A stretch of DNA of 64,000 bases from Candidatus Bathyarchaeota archaeon (GCA_026014705.1 JAOZHU010000008.1:17833-81832), one strand, 5' to 3'; numbered from the stretch's first letter, positions 28,894-39,911 are shown. Numbers and translations: made by a program. Notes: generated by a model from the letters alone, not told the origin.

Positions 28894-29527
28894 ACAGCTT
28901 CAACTCTAAATACTCACAAAAACAAGTTTAATATCATTTCTACTTCAGTGGCTTCGCGCGGCACGTTGAAGTAACCCCTTATCGCTAAACAGGCTAACTC
29001 TTATCTTAAATACTCTTGTAGAATGCTTGTTGAGAATTACTTTTCGCTTCATTGATTTTCTTCTATTGTTCTGTTTTAGCTGGCGGATGCTGCGTTGAGT
29101 ACAAAAAATGTGTTGTGCGCATCATATTTATTTTATTAGCTGCGCTTACAATGGTGGCTTAATTCAAATGTTAAAATAATCAAATGCGATTTCACAGATG
29201 GCGCCCTCCACACGACGCGATATTCTGATGGCTAAGCTGAACACAACAAGATTTCAAAGTGAGGAAAGAAACTGCGGTTGTTCTCCAGTAAATTTTAGGC
29301 AACCCAAACAATAAAACGTTAATGGTGCGAAACAGGAGAAAACCTAACGTTTGGCTTTGATGCACCATTTATTTAAAGGAAACATGTTGTTCAGGCGCCA
29401 CAAGCAGTCTGCAAATGTAGAGGATAAACGCGGAAGTTCAATGATAAGCTTAAAATAATTGAAAGGACAGTTGTGTTAACGAATTCACTAAAAAATAGGG
29501 AAAAATAGAAAAAAAGAGGAATGAAAA

Positions 29528-30832
29528 ATGAGCAAAAGTACGAAGCCACACTTAAACCTCGTCATTATGGGGCACGTTGACCACGGAAAATCCACAACCA
29601 CAGGGCACTTGCTGTACAAAGCCGGAGCAATTGATGAAAGAACCATCAAGGCTTTCGAAGAAGAAGCCGAGAAAATGGGCAAAGGCACATTCAAGTACGC
29701 GTGGGTTCTCGACAACCTCAAGGAAGAACGCGAAAGAGGCGTAACCATTGACCTTCGATTCCTAAAGTTCGAGACCAAGAAATTCTTCTACACAGTCATA
29801 GACGCGCCAGGACACAGAGACTTCGTGAAAAACATGATTACCGGCGCAAGCCAAGCTGATGCTGCTGTGCTCTTCTGCTCAGCCAAGAAAGGCGAGTTTG
29901 AAGCAGGCATCGGTCCAGGCGGGCAAACACGAGAACACGCATTTCTAGCCTTCACGTTGGGCGTTCGGCAAGTCATAGTTGCAGTTAACAAGATGGACGA
30001 CATATCAGTTAACTGGAGCAAAGAGCGATACGAAGAAATCAAAAACGAAGTTTCAAGAATGCTCAAAATGGTCGGCTTTAAAGTTGAAAAAATCAACTTT
30101 GTGCCAGTTTCAGGATGGACAGGCGACAACTTGATAACTAAAAGCACTAACATGCCCTGGTACACAGGACCAACTTTGATTGAAGCTTTAGACCTTTTGG
30201 AAGTGCCACCTAAACCAACCAACAAGCCGCTGCGCATTCCAGTCCAAGACATTTACAGCATTACAGGCATTGGCACAGTTCCAGTTGGCAGAGTTGAAAC
30301 AGGCATACTGAAGGAAGGCGCCACCCTAATTTTCATGCCGTCTAACAAGACTGCGGAAGTAAAATCCATCGAGATGCACCACGCGCGCATACCCATAGCG
30401 GAACCAGGCGACAACATCGGCATGAACGTGAGAGGCATAGCTAAGACGGATGTTCACCGCGGAGACGTTGCAGGACCAGTAGACAACCCGCCCACCGTAG
30501 CCAAAGAGTTCATCGGGCAAATAATCGTGATTTACCATCCAACCGCCATTGCTGCTGGCTACACTCCAGTTCTCCATTACCACACGGGGCAGATAGCGTG
30601 CAGGTTCACTGAACTGCTGAAGAAAATTGACCCTCGCTCTGGGCAAGTAACCGAGGAGAAACCCAGCTTTCTGAAGACAGGCGACGCTGCTTGGGTGCGA
30701 ATGGAACCGTTGCATCCTATAGCATTGGAGACGTATCAGGAATTTCCCGAGCTCGGTCGATTTGCTATCCGAGACATGGGCACAACTGTGGCTGCTGGCG
30801 TCGTGAAGGAAATAACCAAGAAGGGACCCTAA
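29528..30832 (+). CDS. tuf: Translation elongation factor EF-1alpha
   Basis: [33 protein letters not shown] and NKMD motifs. Confidence 0.98.
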   Translation: MSKSTKPHLNLVIMGHVDHGKSTTTGHLLYKAGAIDERTIKAFEEEAEKMGKGTFKYAWVLDNLKEERERGVTIDLRFLKFETKKFFYTVIDAPGHRDFVKNMITGASQADAAVLFCSAKKGEFEAGIGPGGQTREHAFLAFTLGVRQVIVAVNKMDDISVNWSKERYEEIKNEVSRMLKMVGFKVEKINFVPVSGWTGDNLITKSTNMPWYTGPTLIEALDLLEVPPKPTNKPLRIPVQDIYSITGIGTVPVGRVETGILKEGATLIFMPSNKTAEVKSIEMHHARIPIAEPGDNIGMNVRGIAKTDVHRGDVAGPVDNPPTVAKEFIGQIIVIYHPTAIAAGYTPVLHYHTGQIACRFTELLKKIDPRSGQVTEEKPSFLKTGDAAWVRMEPLHPIALETYQEFPELGRFAIRDMGTTVAAGVVKEITKKGP

Positions 30833-30980
30833 ACTCTCCCTTTTTTTGTTTAAAGCCTCCTCTCTTTTCAAGTCTTCTTTGACTGCTGAAACGTTGCGCA
30901 CAACATTTATTATTTTGTTTAGGCTATTATTACTATTAGCTTGCTTAAGCAGGAGTTGCGTTTTAGTGAATTCTCGTGTT

Positions 30981-31151
30981 ATGAAATCAAAAAAGCCTCT
31001 ACGGGAAGAGGAGTTTCACTCCAGCTTAGAGGTAAAAGTTGACGAGGAACGCTTAAGCGAACTGCTGGAGAAGGCTTCACTGAAGGATGTGCCTCTCGAA
31101 GAAAGACGAAGAGAAGCACAAAAACCGTTATACTTGATACGCTATGAATGA
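30981..31151 (+). CDS. Small hypothetical protein
   Basis: Charged 56-aa ORF MKSKKPLREEEF...YLIRYE. Confidence 0.4.
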   Translation: MKSKKPLREEEFHSSLEVKVDEERLSELLEKASLKDVPLEERRREAQKPLYLIRYE

Positions 31152-31193
31152 CTGCTTCTAAACGCTTCGCAGGACTGGAGTGAACTGCGCAGG

Positions 31194-32660
31194 TTATCCT
31201 CTGAACCTTTTCACAAGAATGTAAATGCTTGCCAAGGCTATTAGTGCGACGATGGCTCCTGCAGCTATTACCAACTCTGTGGAGGCGTTGTTGGTGATTG
31301 TCCAGATTCTCATGTCTGGGTCGCATAGTGTGGCAACATACATGCATCCCACGGTTACTATTCGCATTTTTCCATCACCTGTCAAATTGCCCGTGGCAAC
31401 ATTCCAGGCGCAAACGCCTTCGCCGACTATCCATTCTGTGCTTTGTTTTAGCGTTAGTGTGTTTTCATTCCAGTTCCACACTTTAAGTTCGGCTTTTTCT
31501 TTGTTGGTTTCGTTTGTCCAATGGCCATATTTGGTGGTTACACCGCTGGTGACAATTTCCTTTTTTCCGTCTGCGTCCACGTCGTTAATGGATATCGCCT
31601 TAAGCTCAGTCAGATCCAAGTTTGTCCATTCTCGGCTCGTTTCAAGATTCAAGTTGTTTCCTGTCCAGTTCCATATTCTGAGTTGTCCTTCGATTTTGTC
31701 TCCGTTATAAGTGACGCCTCCTGTGATAATTTCGGCGAAGCCATCGTCGTCAACATCGCTTATTTTGATGTTATATGCCATTGTGTTGCCCATTACATTT
31801 CCCGCGACATCCAGCGCGTAGCCATCTGCCTTGCGCCATTCTGCACTACATCTCAAACTCAGTTCTGCGTCGTTCAACTGCCAAACGCGTAGTTGTCCGC
31901 TGCTGTTTTTTGGGCTGTTGATGTAGCCGCAAGTGGCGATTTCAACTGTGCCATCGTTGTCTAGGTCAGCTGCGTTGACCGAGTTTGCGCGTGCGATGTC
32001 GTTTGGGGCTGTCCATTCAGCTTTAGCCTTGAGTGAAAGGCTGTTTCCGTTCCATTGCCAGACGCTGAGCTGCGCGTTAGGCTGGCTGGTGTTGTAGGCT
32101 CTTCCGACTGTGAGTATCTCTGGCTTGTTGTCGTTGTCGACGTCGGCGACGAAAATTGCGTTTGCATACACTTCGGGGTAGTTTCCTCGAAGAGTTAAGT
32201 TTTGTCCGTTCCAATTCCATATTCGAAGTGAAAAAGCGGTGCTTGTGTTGTTGATTAGTCCGCCCGCGGTTAGTATCTCAGTTTCGCCGTCGCCGTCTGC
32301 GTCTCCAGCGTAGATACAGCCGATGTTGCCTGGCCAGTTTTCGCTTTTTTCAAGAGTGAGGTTTTGTCCGTTCCAGTTCCAGATCCGAAGCGGCGCGCCG
32401 AGGCTTGTTCTGGTTTCGTTTATTATGCTGTAGGCGAGACCGCCTGTGATTATTTCGTCTTGTTCGTCGCCGTCTGCGTCTGCTACGGCAATGTTGTGGG
32501 TGCCTGGTATGCATGTGCCTCCGACGCAGTAGGTGTCCCAGTGTTGTTCTACTTCCATTATGAGCGCGTTTGGCTGGGAATATTCTCGTAGGGCGAGTGA
32601 GAAGACGACAAGTAAGAGAAACGCGAGAAGAAAAGTGGCTATCAGTGATTTGTTTTTCAT
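31194..32660 (-). CDS. FG-GAP/VCBS repeat beta-propeller surface protein
   Basis: Repeated DxDxDGxxEI(I/L/V)TxG and LRIWNW units; signal peptide; C-terminal TM. Confidence 0.85.
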   Translation of the reverse strand: MKNKSLIATFLLAFLLLVVFSLALREYSQPNALIMEVEQHWDTYCVGGTCIPGTHNIAVADADGDEQDEIITGGLAYSIINETRTSLGAPLRIWNWNGQNLTLEKSENWPGNIGCIYAGDADGDGETEILTAGGLINNTSTAFSLRIWNWNGQNLTLRGNYPEVYANAIFVADVDNDNKPEILTVGRAYNTSQPNAQLSVWQWNGNSLSLKAKAEWTAPNDIARANSVNAADLDNDGTVEIATCGYINSPKNSSGQLRVWQLNDAELSLRCSAEWRKADGYALDVAGNVMGNTMAYNIKISDVDDDGFAEIITGGVTYNGDKIEGQLRIWNWTGNNLNLETSREWTNLDLTELKAISINDVDADGKKEIVTSGVTTKYGHWTNETNKEKAELKVWNWNENTLTLKQSTEWIVGEGVCAWNVATGNLTGDGKMRIVTVGCMYVATLCDPDMRIWTITNNASTELVIAAGAIVALIALASIYILVKRFRG

Positions 32661-32866
32661 TTAGTTGCGTCCTTTGGCAAGGGCTGTTAGTGTATGCTTT
32701 TGTTTAGGATATAGCTGTTTTGGGTTTTCAACTGTTTAGGCTGCCGTTGCGGAGGTTAGTGTGGATGGGTCTGAGTTTGCTTTGGTGCTGTATTCTCGCG
32801 GAGGGTGCTTGGTCAGGTTGGAAACGGAAGTGAAATAAACAGGAGGGTTGCGCTTATTTTAGCGGA

Positions 32867-33586
32867 GTGGAGTTTGTGTCTGGGGCTGAAACGCTTCTGC
32901 CTTACTTGAAGGATAAAAAGAAGGCTGATGTTGAGGAGCCGACTATAATTGTGGATAGTCGTGAGGCGAGCAGTGCGGCGAAGATTGTAAAGGGTCTTGT
33001 TGAGCGCGGCGTTAACGTTAGGACTGAAACTTTGGAAAAAGGCGATTACATTTTGTCTGACCAGTGTGCAGTGGAGAGGAAGACTGTGCAGGATTTTGTG
33101 TATACGCTTACGCGGCGGTATCTTTTTGAGCAGTTGTTCAGGTTGAAGGAGGCTTATCCGAAGTCGCTGATACTTCTGGAGGGTTATTTGCCGATAATTT
33201 ATAAGTTCAGTCACATTCAACCCGTTGCGATTTGGGGTGCAATGTTTAACTTAGCCAAGAACGGTATCGCGCTGGTGAACACGACGTCTTATAAGGAGAC
33301 TATTGACTTTTTGCATGTTGCCGCTAAGCAGGAGCAGATTGTTGAGAAGAGGGCGCCGACGGTTCATGCTTTTAAGAAGATGGACACGCTGGCTGATGCG
33401 CAGGTGTATTTTGTTGCCAGTTTACCCAATATTGGGAGGGAGAAGGCGCTGGCTGTGCTTAAGTCGTATCAGACGCCTTTGAATGCTTTGATTAGTGTGG
33501 ATGATTGGGCGAAGACGGTTCATGGTTTGGGTCCGGTGATTAGCAATAGGGTTAAAGAAGTGTTGAATACGCCTTTCAGAGAATAG
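32867..33586 (+). CDS. xpf: Short-form XPF/ERCC4 structure-specific endonuclease with HhH motifs
   Basis: IIVDSRE, GDYIL, VERKT, LPNIG and VHGLG motifs. Confidence 0.88.
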   Translation: MEFVSGAETLLPYLKDKKKADVEEPTIIVDSREASSAAKIVKGLVERGVNVRTETLEKGDYILSDQCAVERKTVQDFVYTLTRRYLFEQLFRLKEAYPKSLILLEGYLPIIYKFSHIQPVAIWGAMFNLAKNGIALVNTTSYKETIDFLHVAAKQEQIVEKRAPTVHAFKKMDTLADAQVYFVASLPNIGREKALAVLKSYQTPLNALISVDDWAKTVHGLGPVISNRVKEVLNTPFRE

Positions 33587-33729
33587 TTTCGAATGGGTTT
33601 TCCAGCCTTTCAATTTGCATCTGTGAAATTGTACTGCATTTGGTATTTCTATGTGGCGCCTTGAGTTTAGGTAGTCACAAACCATAAAAAACGGTTGGTG
33701 CAATACAATATGTAAAAGGAGCGATAACG

Positions 33730-34260
33730 TTGGACAAGGTACGTTTGATTCTTACCGCGTTTACTATAGCTATTAACGTGTTACCCATCACTGGTGTGTT
33801 GATTATTTATCATGATAACTTGCTGGGTTTGGTGTTTCCAGCAGAGGTAAGCGATATCATCGATGACGGCGTAATCCCTGAAAACCCTCTGGGGAACTTC
33901 ACTTTGGTGGATTCGCAGTATGATGCTGCGGCGCGGACGGTTACGCTTACGTTTGAGGTTACGAATCCTTTGGATTTTGATTTGTCGATCAGTTCGTTCT
34001 CCGCTGATGTCCAATGCGCCGCGCATGGTTTTCCCATGGGGCACGTGACGCTTGCTAACCCGGTTGACATTGGGGCGGGCGCAACTACGAGGGTTGTTAT
34101 TGTTGCGGCTTGGACTGAAGCGGCGGTGAATCATTTTGATACTGCACATGCGGGCTCGGAGAGTATTGATGTTGAGTTGGCTGGTTTCAGTGCGAATGTT
34201 AACGGTGTAACCATTGATAGTGCTGAGCATGTGCGGATTCCCAGTTTCCCGGTGGGTTGA
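33730..34260 (+). CDS. Membrane-anchored LEA_2-like protein
   Basis: N-terminal TM; VTNPLDFDLSI motif. Confidence 0.6.
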   Translation: MDKVRLILTAFTIAINVLPITGVLIIYHDNLLGLVFPAEVSDIIDDGVIPENPLGNFTLVDSQYDAAARTVTLTFEVTNPLDFDLSISSFSADVQCAAHGFPMGHVTLANPVDIGAGATTRVVIVAAWTEAAVNHFDTAHAGSESIDVELAGFSANVNGVTIDSAEHVRIPSFPVG

Positions 34261-34277
34261 GGTAGGAGTGGAAAACG

Positions 34278-34892
34278 GTGCGGTTGAGGTTTAACTGGTT
34301 GGGTCTTGCTGGCGGCATCGCCACAATTGTTATGGTTGCTGTGACGTTGTTTTATCCGTGGTGGCAGCTGAGGGTCGGCGAAGGCTTGTTGACGGCGAAC
34401 GTTTCGCCTTTGAATACTAATTTCAGTGTGTTGGGTACGGCGTTTGCGGTGCCGCTGGTTTGGGCGATAAATTTGACGAGTATGCTTACGTTTCTGATGG
34501 TGGGCGTTGTGATGATTGTTTACTCGGTTTTTCCAGCTAAGTCTTACTCGAAGCAGCTGCTTGATTTTGCTTATAGGAAGCCGCTGTATATGCTGGTGAT
34601 GTTCGTTATTGTGCTTTTTGTGTTTACTTTGGTTGCGCAGGTTGTGGTGCGGTTTGATGTTCCGTTTGTGGGCTCGGTGAACAGTGTTTTGCGGGTGCCT
34701 TTTGTTCAGAACACGACTGCAAGCGTTGTTATTTCTGCGGAGTTTCTGTGGCCTTTTTGGTTGGCTGTTGCCGCGGCGGTGTTGTGTGTTGCTGCGAGAG
34801 TCTATCATAGGCGTTTTGCTGTCGTGCCGAGGCTTGATGTTGCGCCTGTTGTTTCTCAACCTGCTGCGCCTCAGGCTGAGACTGGCGTTTAG
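34278..34892 (+). CDS. Hypothetical 4-TM membrane protein
   Basis: Hydrophobic helices; PWW motif like the ORF at 47054-47611. Confidence 0.7.
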   Translation: MRLRFNWLGLAGGIATIVMVAVTLFYPWWQLRVGEGLLTANVSPLNTNFSVLGTAFAVPLVWAINLTSMLTFLMVGVVMIVYSVFPAKSYSKQLLDFAYRKPLYMLVMFVIVLFVFTLVAQVVVRFDVPFVGSVNSVLRVPFVQNTTASVVISAEFLWPFWLAVAAAVLCVAARVYHRRFAVVPRLDVAPVVSQPAAPQAETGV

Positions 34893-35012
34893 TGGTTTTT
34901 TTGTGGAGTATAGCTACGGTGCAATGTGGGTTGTTGGATGCTAAGGTTTAAAGCTTAAAAGGCAGTATTTTATTGCCTTCAGCGGTTGAATGCCGAGGAA
35001 GTGCTGTTGCAG

Positions 35013-35087
35013 GGGGCTGTCGGCTAGTTTGGTCTAGGCTTGTAGCCTCGGGCGCTATAGACCCCGGTTCAAATCCGGGCAGCCCCA
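35013..35087 (+). tRNA. tRNA-Pro(CGG)
   Basis: GGGGCTG/CAGCCCC acceptor; GTAGC-CTCGGGC-GCTAT anticodon arm; GGTTCAAATCC. Confidence 0.93.
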
Positions 35088-35354
35088 TTATCGTTTGTTT
35101 TTTGTAAATTGGGTCTTCAGGGTTGCTGTGTGTTGCTGTGAAGTGCTGGGTGTGCTTTTGCATACTTTTTGGTTGCCGCCTTTGTTTTGTTCATTGGCTT
35201 GGATTTTGCTGTTTTCGGGCATTTAGATTTGTTGTAAAAACTGCATTATAGCATTAATTATGAATTGTATTATTGTGAAGTGTATATGTGTTGTACAATA
35301 GCATGCACAGTTTTAAATACATCTTGTTATCAAATGCGGTTTGAGGTGATAAGT

Positions 35355-35579
35355 GTGATAAGGATTGACCCAGAGAAGCTTTTAGGTCCTGTAGCTGATC
35401 CCGGTCCAGAAATTTGGGGACCATGGATAAAAGAGTTAACGGCAGACCAACGTCGCGTTTTGATTGAGAAAGAAATAGACCAGCGCATCAGCGTGGTGAA
35501 GTTCCAGATGCAGAGCCTGAAAGCAGAACTCGACAAGTTGGAAACCGTGAAATCCATGATGAAAACCAAGGGGAAATAG
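35355..35579 (+). CDS. Small protein with GPVADPGPE motif and C-terminal coiled coil (candidate radical SAM substrate)
   Basis: GAGGTGA RBS before GTG 35355; 74 aa; lies directly upstream of a B12-radical SAM gene. Confidence 0.75.
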   Translation: MIRIDPEKLLGPVADPGPEIWGPWIKELTADQRRVLIEKEIDQRISVVKFQMQSLKAELDKLETVKSMMKTKGK

Positions 35580-35621
35580 CCAATAGCCTCAACAAGCGAA
35601 GCGTCCGTTCAAAGATGTGAC

Positions 35622-37166
35622 GTGACTCTAATAGGCTATGACGATGAGGAAAACCTTGGTCTACGCTCAATCGCCGCCTACCTCGACAAGCACAATGTCA
35701 AAGTCAGCATTGAAGCATACAAGAAAAAGGCAAGCGCGCAAACCCTGAAGCATATTCGCGAATCGAAGCCTAGGCTGGTTGGTTTCTCCCTAATTTTTCA
35801 ACCCATGTTCATGGAATTCGCCGCGCTCCTGAAATATCTTCGGCTCAACGGCGTAACCGCCCATTTCACCATGGGCGGTCATTTCCCCACTATACAATGC
35901 GAGAAGACGCTGGAGCTTATTCCTGAACTTGACACGGTGGTACGTCACGAAGGCGAAGTTACCTTGCTAGATCTCTTCAGGAACTTAGATAACGCTGACA
36001 AGTGGATTGAAATTAAAGGCATTGCTTTCAGAAAAAATGGCAAAATCTGCCTTACTTCTCCTCGACCGCTCATCGAAGACCTTGATTCGCTTCCATTCCC
36101 TGTGAGACGTTGTAAAGTGCAGAAGTACCGCGGCGTCTCTGCCTGTTCAATTCTAGCCAGCCGCGGCTGCTACTACAACTGCAGTTTCTGCAGCGTCCGC
36201 CAGTTCTACGGCACGGCGCCAGGCTCAAAGCGGAGGGCTCGTTCTCCTTCCAATGTCGCCGAGGAAATGCAGCAGCTCTTCAAAAAAGGCATGAGAATCT
36301 TCAAGTTTGTAGACGACGACTTGGGCATGAAAACGCAGGTTCAGAAAGACTGGATCAGCAACTTCGCTTCCGAGCTCAGAACGCGGGGAATAGGCGACAA
36401 AATCCTCTGGCGCATATCCAACCGCGTGGACGAATTAGACCTTGAATGCTTGCGGATGCTTGAGGAGGTTGGTCTTGCCTTCGTGTACATGGGCATTGAA
36501 TCAGGAAGCAATCAGGGGCTTAGAATCTGCAACAAGCATTATTCAGTTAAAGACATTTACAACGCGCTGGAAATACTCGCCGAAGCTGCTGTGCGTTTTG
36601 ACTATGGCTTCATGATGCTTACGCCTGGAACCACGTTCGAGTCAATTGAGGAAGACCTTGAATTTCTCAAAAACCTCACGGCGAACGGTCGCGCCATCGT
36701 TCACTTCACGAAGATGCTGCCTTACGCTGGCACAGCTATTGAGCAGCAATTGAAGGACGCGGGGCGGCTTGAAGGCACATTAGACTATCCCACTTACCGC
36801 TATTTGGATCCGCGGCTAAATTTGATGGAGGCATTTTTGGTGAAAACGTTCCATGAAGCAATTTTCGGGGAATCTGCGCTCGTGAACCAACTGCGCATGT
36901 TATTGTTTGATATCGAAGTTATAAAGAAGTTTTATCCAGAAAAATATAGGCTATCCGAGTATGCAGAAGCAGTCAAGAACGCCGTGACGCGCTATAACGA
37001 GTCAGCCATAGAAACAATTGAGATGGCGCTCAAATTCATGCGGCAACACAGTTATGACGATATACTCTACTACTGGGACGCATTGGACTTCTTGACACAG
37101 CAGGAGCTAGCTGCCCAGTCAAAAGTAGACCAGCTGATTAACACGTTGACTCCGAATCCCGCTTGA
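35622..37166 (+). CDS. B12-binding domain radical SAM protein (class B methyltransferase-like)
   Basis: ENLGL, VGFS, MGGHFPT, HEGE, SRGCYYNCSFC (CxxxCxxC), FVDDD and MGIESG motifs. Confidence 0.92.
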   Translation: MTLIGYDDEENLGLRSIAAYLDKHNVKVSIEAYKKKASAQTLKHIRESKPRLVGFSLIFQPMFMEFAALLKYLRLNGVTAHFTMGGHFPTIQCEKTLELIPELDTVVRHEGEVTLLDLFRNLDNADKWIEIKGIAFRKNGKICLTSPRPLIEDLDSLPFPVRRCKVQKYRGVSACSILASRGCYYNCSFCSVRQFYGTAPGSKRRARSPSNVAEEMQQLFKKGMRIFKFVDDDLGMKTQVQKDWISNFASELRTRGIGDKILWRISNRVDELDLECLRMLEEVGLAFVYMGIESGSNQGLRICNKHYSVKDIYNALEILAEAAVRFDYGFMMLTPGTTFESIEEDLEFLKNLTANGRAIVHFTKMLPYAGTAIEQQLKDAGRLEGTLDYPTYRYLDPRLNLMEAFLVKTFHEAIFGESALVNQLRMLLFDIEVIKKFYPEKYRLSEYAEAVKNAVTRYNESAIETIEMALKFMRQHSYDDILYYWDALDFLTQQELAAQSKVDQLINTLTPNPA

Positions 37167-37225
37167 AAACGCGTGTAAACAGAACATCTAAATAGAAAAT
37201 CCCCACAATACTTTTCGAGTGAGCC

Positions 37226-38209
37226 ATGAGAAAAATCGTTATCCTCACTGCCGCGTTGATTATCGCCTTGATATTTTTTTCCGCAGCGTTGGCTGTGATT
37301 TTTAATCCTACCCAAGCGAGATTTCAAACAATCTGCATTAGACCAGACGGCTCGATAGACCCGCCAACAGTACCAGTCAAGCGCGACGGAAACACGTACT
37401 ACCTAACAAGCGATATTTACTCCTCGCCCAATGTGCAGTCGGCTTTCGTAGTGGAAAAAGACAACATAGTAATCGACGGTGCAGGCTACACTCTCCACGG
37501 CACCTACAATGGAACCAAAGACGTTGACTGGACAGTAGGCCAGGGACCGTACAACGGCACAGGCGCCCCACCGTGGACTGTGGGCATAGACATAGCCGAC
37601 ATAAGCTTGGGAAACTTGACCATCAGGAATTTGACGGTTAAAAACTTCAGCATCGGCATGTTCATCTGGACCTCAAACAATACAATAGTAGACAACATCG
37701 TAGTTGACAACATCGTCGGCATAATGGTATCCGAATCCTCCAACAGCTTCATCGGAAATTACATAGCGAACAATGATGAAGGCCTTTTCTTGGCTGTAAA
37801 CAGCGCTGGTTGCTTCGCTGAGAACATGACCAGTTACCACAACAGCTTCGTAAACAACACTAAACAGGTTAACGGCTGCCAATGCACTGACAGTGTTGAG
37901 AACTGCACAACGTACTCCACGAACATTTGGGACAACGGCAGCGAAGGCAACTACTGGAGCGACTATGAAGGAACCGATGAGGACGGAGACGGCATAGGTG
38001 ACGAGCCTTACGTAATTGACCTTAAGAACCAAGACCGTTACCCACTCATGGAATGCCCAGTAATTTCTCCCGCTGCAAACGCTGAAACGCACGGCGCTTT
38101 TTCTCTGGCAGCAATAGTCTCAACAGCTGTTGCTATCGCCGGTTTACTGCTTTATTTCAGGAAACACAATAACCATCGAATGATAGCTTTTCAGCGGGAC
38201 TCGCATTGA
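37226..38209 (+). CDS. NosD/CASH parallel beta-helix surface protein
   Basis: IRPDGSIDP, IVIDGAGYTL, WDNGSEGNYWSDY.G.D.DGDGIGD.PY, DRYPLM; C-terminal TM. Confidence 0.88.
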   Translation: MRKIVILTAALIIALIFFSAALAVIFNPTQARFQTICIRPDGSIDPPTVPVKRDGNTYYLTSDIYSSPNVQSAFVVEKDNIVIDGAGYTLHGTYNGTKDVDWTVGQGPYNGTGAPPWTVGIDIADISLGNLTIRNLTVKNFSIGMFIWTSNNTIVDNIVVDNIVGIMVSESSNSFIGNYIANNDEGLFLAVNSAGCFAENMTSYHNSFVNNTKQVNGCQCTDSVENCTTYSTNIWDNGSEGNYWSDYEGTDEDGDGIGDEPYVIDLKNQDRYPLMECPVISPAANAETHGAFSLAAIVSTAVAIAGLLLYFRKHNNHRMIAFQRDSH

Positions 38210-38266
38210 GTGAATTTTACAAAACTTATATGAGCACCAGAGAACAAATAACTGCTGAGCGCAGCT

Positions 38267-39853
38267 ATGAACCAAAAAACTGCTCTCTGCTTCACCATCG
38301 CAATTGCACTTTTACTCTGTATTCTCAGTGTTTATAATGTCCAGCAAGCAACAGGCTGCTATGGTCCGCACATAACTGGAGAAATAAACAAAACGGAATT
38401 CACCCTAAACGAGAACGCTACAGTAACAGGCGAAATCTGCCCCGCAGAAGCCAACATCACCGTGCGCATAACGTTCACCAGACCAGACTACACATGGATA
38501 GACCACATTGTGCAAACCGACAGCCAAGGCAGATTTAACGTCACTCAAAAACTCGACATGGTCGGCTACTGGAACATATTCCCGATTTACGGGCACATAT
38601 GCGACAGACTGCACGCAACCGTGGTTGACCCCGCAGAGCCTTCGGCGTCATCGCCCATGGTCAAGCTGCCACCCTACAAACCCAACTTTTCACTCATAAC
38701 CGTAGCTGCCATCGCCCTAAGCGTCGGCGTAGTAGCTGCCACAACGGGGACAAAAAACAAAACCCGCAAAATCAGCTCCTTCAGGCTGCTCGTGCAAATA
38801 GCCTTCGTCTTCATCCTCTTCGCAGGCGTATTCATCGACCACTTCAATCTGCCCGTGCCCGCTGAACAAATCGCACCCCACGAGTTACTCGTCGGTGCAA
38901 CCGAGTTCGGCGAAGCCATGCCAGATGGTCTGCCGCTTCCAGTTTTCGCGTGCTACTACCCATGCGGCAGAACTTTTCTCTGTCCACTTTGGCCGATACA
39001 AACGTACATTTACCCATTCGCGGATGCTGGTCGAGGGTGGGGTGTGAACTACGCCATTTCAGGTTTGGAACGCTTAGCCATAGTGTTCGGCGGCGTAATC
39101 CTACTATCAATCCTTCTGGGAAAGTTTTTCTGCGGTTGGATTTGCCCCTTTGGCTTGTATATGGATTTAATCACTCGCTTAAGGAAAGCTTTCAAAATCA
39201 AGCATAAACTTTTCTCCGATGGCTTTAACGCCAAATTCCATCAACTCGGCTACGTGATTTTGGCTCTCCTCATAATCTTAAGCGTCATCTTCGGCTCGCA
39301 AGCAATCGTAGGCGCCCAACTGGTTCCGGGAACCGAACAAGGCGGCTTTGTCTACAATTATTTTTCAGCGCCGTTCTGCCAAGTTTGTCCCATGAAGCCC
39401 CTGTGCATATTGCTGCAGACTTCCGTGGGGCTGATGCGCCCAGAATGGATAGTGGAAAACACCGCAGGCACGTTTTTCGAGTTGGGCTATTACATTACTT
39501 CGCTGAACCTCTTCATCCTCGGCTTAGTCACCGTAGCCGCCTTCTTCTACAGGCGAGTATGGTGCAGAATATGCCCCCTCGGCGCCTTAATTGCCTTGTT
39601 CAACCGTTTTCCACCCTTCAAATGGATATCAGTGCTCCGTCTGGAAAAGAACGAGGAGAAATGCACCAAATGCGGCGTCTGCAAAAGAGTCTGCCCCACA
39701 CAGGTGACCGAAGTCTACGAGCAAAAAGGCGGAGACGTAACCACATCGCATTGTCTGCTGTGCTTGCGCTGCGTTGAAATGTGCCCCTACGAAGACGCAT
39801 TAAGCTTAAAAGCCGCGGGAAAAACAGTGGTGAAATCACGAAACTGGCTGTAG
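38267..39853 (+). CDS. Membrane 4Fe-4S binding protein (NapH/MauN/NosR-C-like) with N-terminal extracellular domain
   Basis: FCGWICPFG and WCRICPLG motifs, two CxxCxxCxxxCP ferredoxin motifs. Confidence 0.88.
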   Translation: MNQKTALCFTIAIALLLCILSVYNVQQATGCYGPHITGEINKTEFTLNENATVTGEICPAEANITVRITFTRPDYTWIDHIVQTDSQGRFNVTQKLDMVGYWNIFPIYGHICDRLHATVVDPAEPSASSPMVKLPPYKPNFSLITVAAIALSVGVVAATTGTKNKTRKISSFRLLVQIAFVFILFAGVFIDHFNLPVPAEQIAPHELLVGATEFGEAMPDGLPLPVFACYYPCGRTFLCPLWPIQTYIYPFADAGRGWGVNYAISGLERLAIVFGGVILLSILLGKFFCGWICPFGLYMDLITRLRKAFKIKHKLFSDGFNAKFHQLGYVILALLIILSVIFGSQAIVGAQLVPGTEQGGFVYNYFSAPFCQVCPMKPLCILLQTSVGLMRPEWIVENTAGTFFELGYYITSLNLFILGLVTVAAFFYRRVWCRICPLGALIALFNRFPPFKWISVLRLEKNEEKCTKCGVCKRVCPTQVTEVYEQKGGDVTTSHCLLCLRCVEMCPYEDALSLKAAGKTVVKSRNWL

Positions 39854-39911
39854 CCGCATCACAACAGCGGACGCAGCACAGCGCTATGTTTCAGGCGGAG
39901 AACGCAATCAC

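Noticed and set aside
34948..35163. 71-aa ORF containing GLPGFEPGS, as a possible split-integrase fragment
   Set aside because: It is the antisense translation of tRNA-Pro; I found no second att copy or integrase for it in the window.
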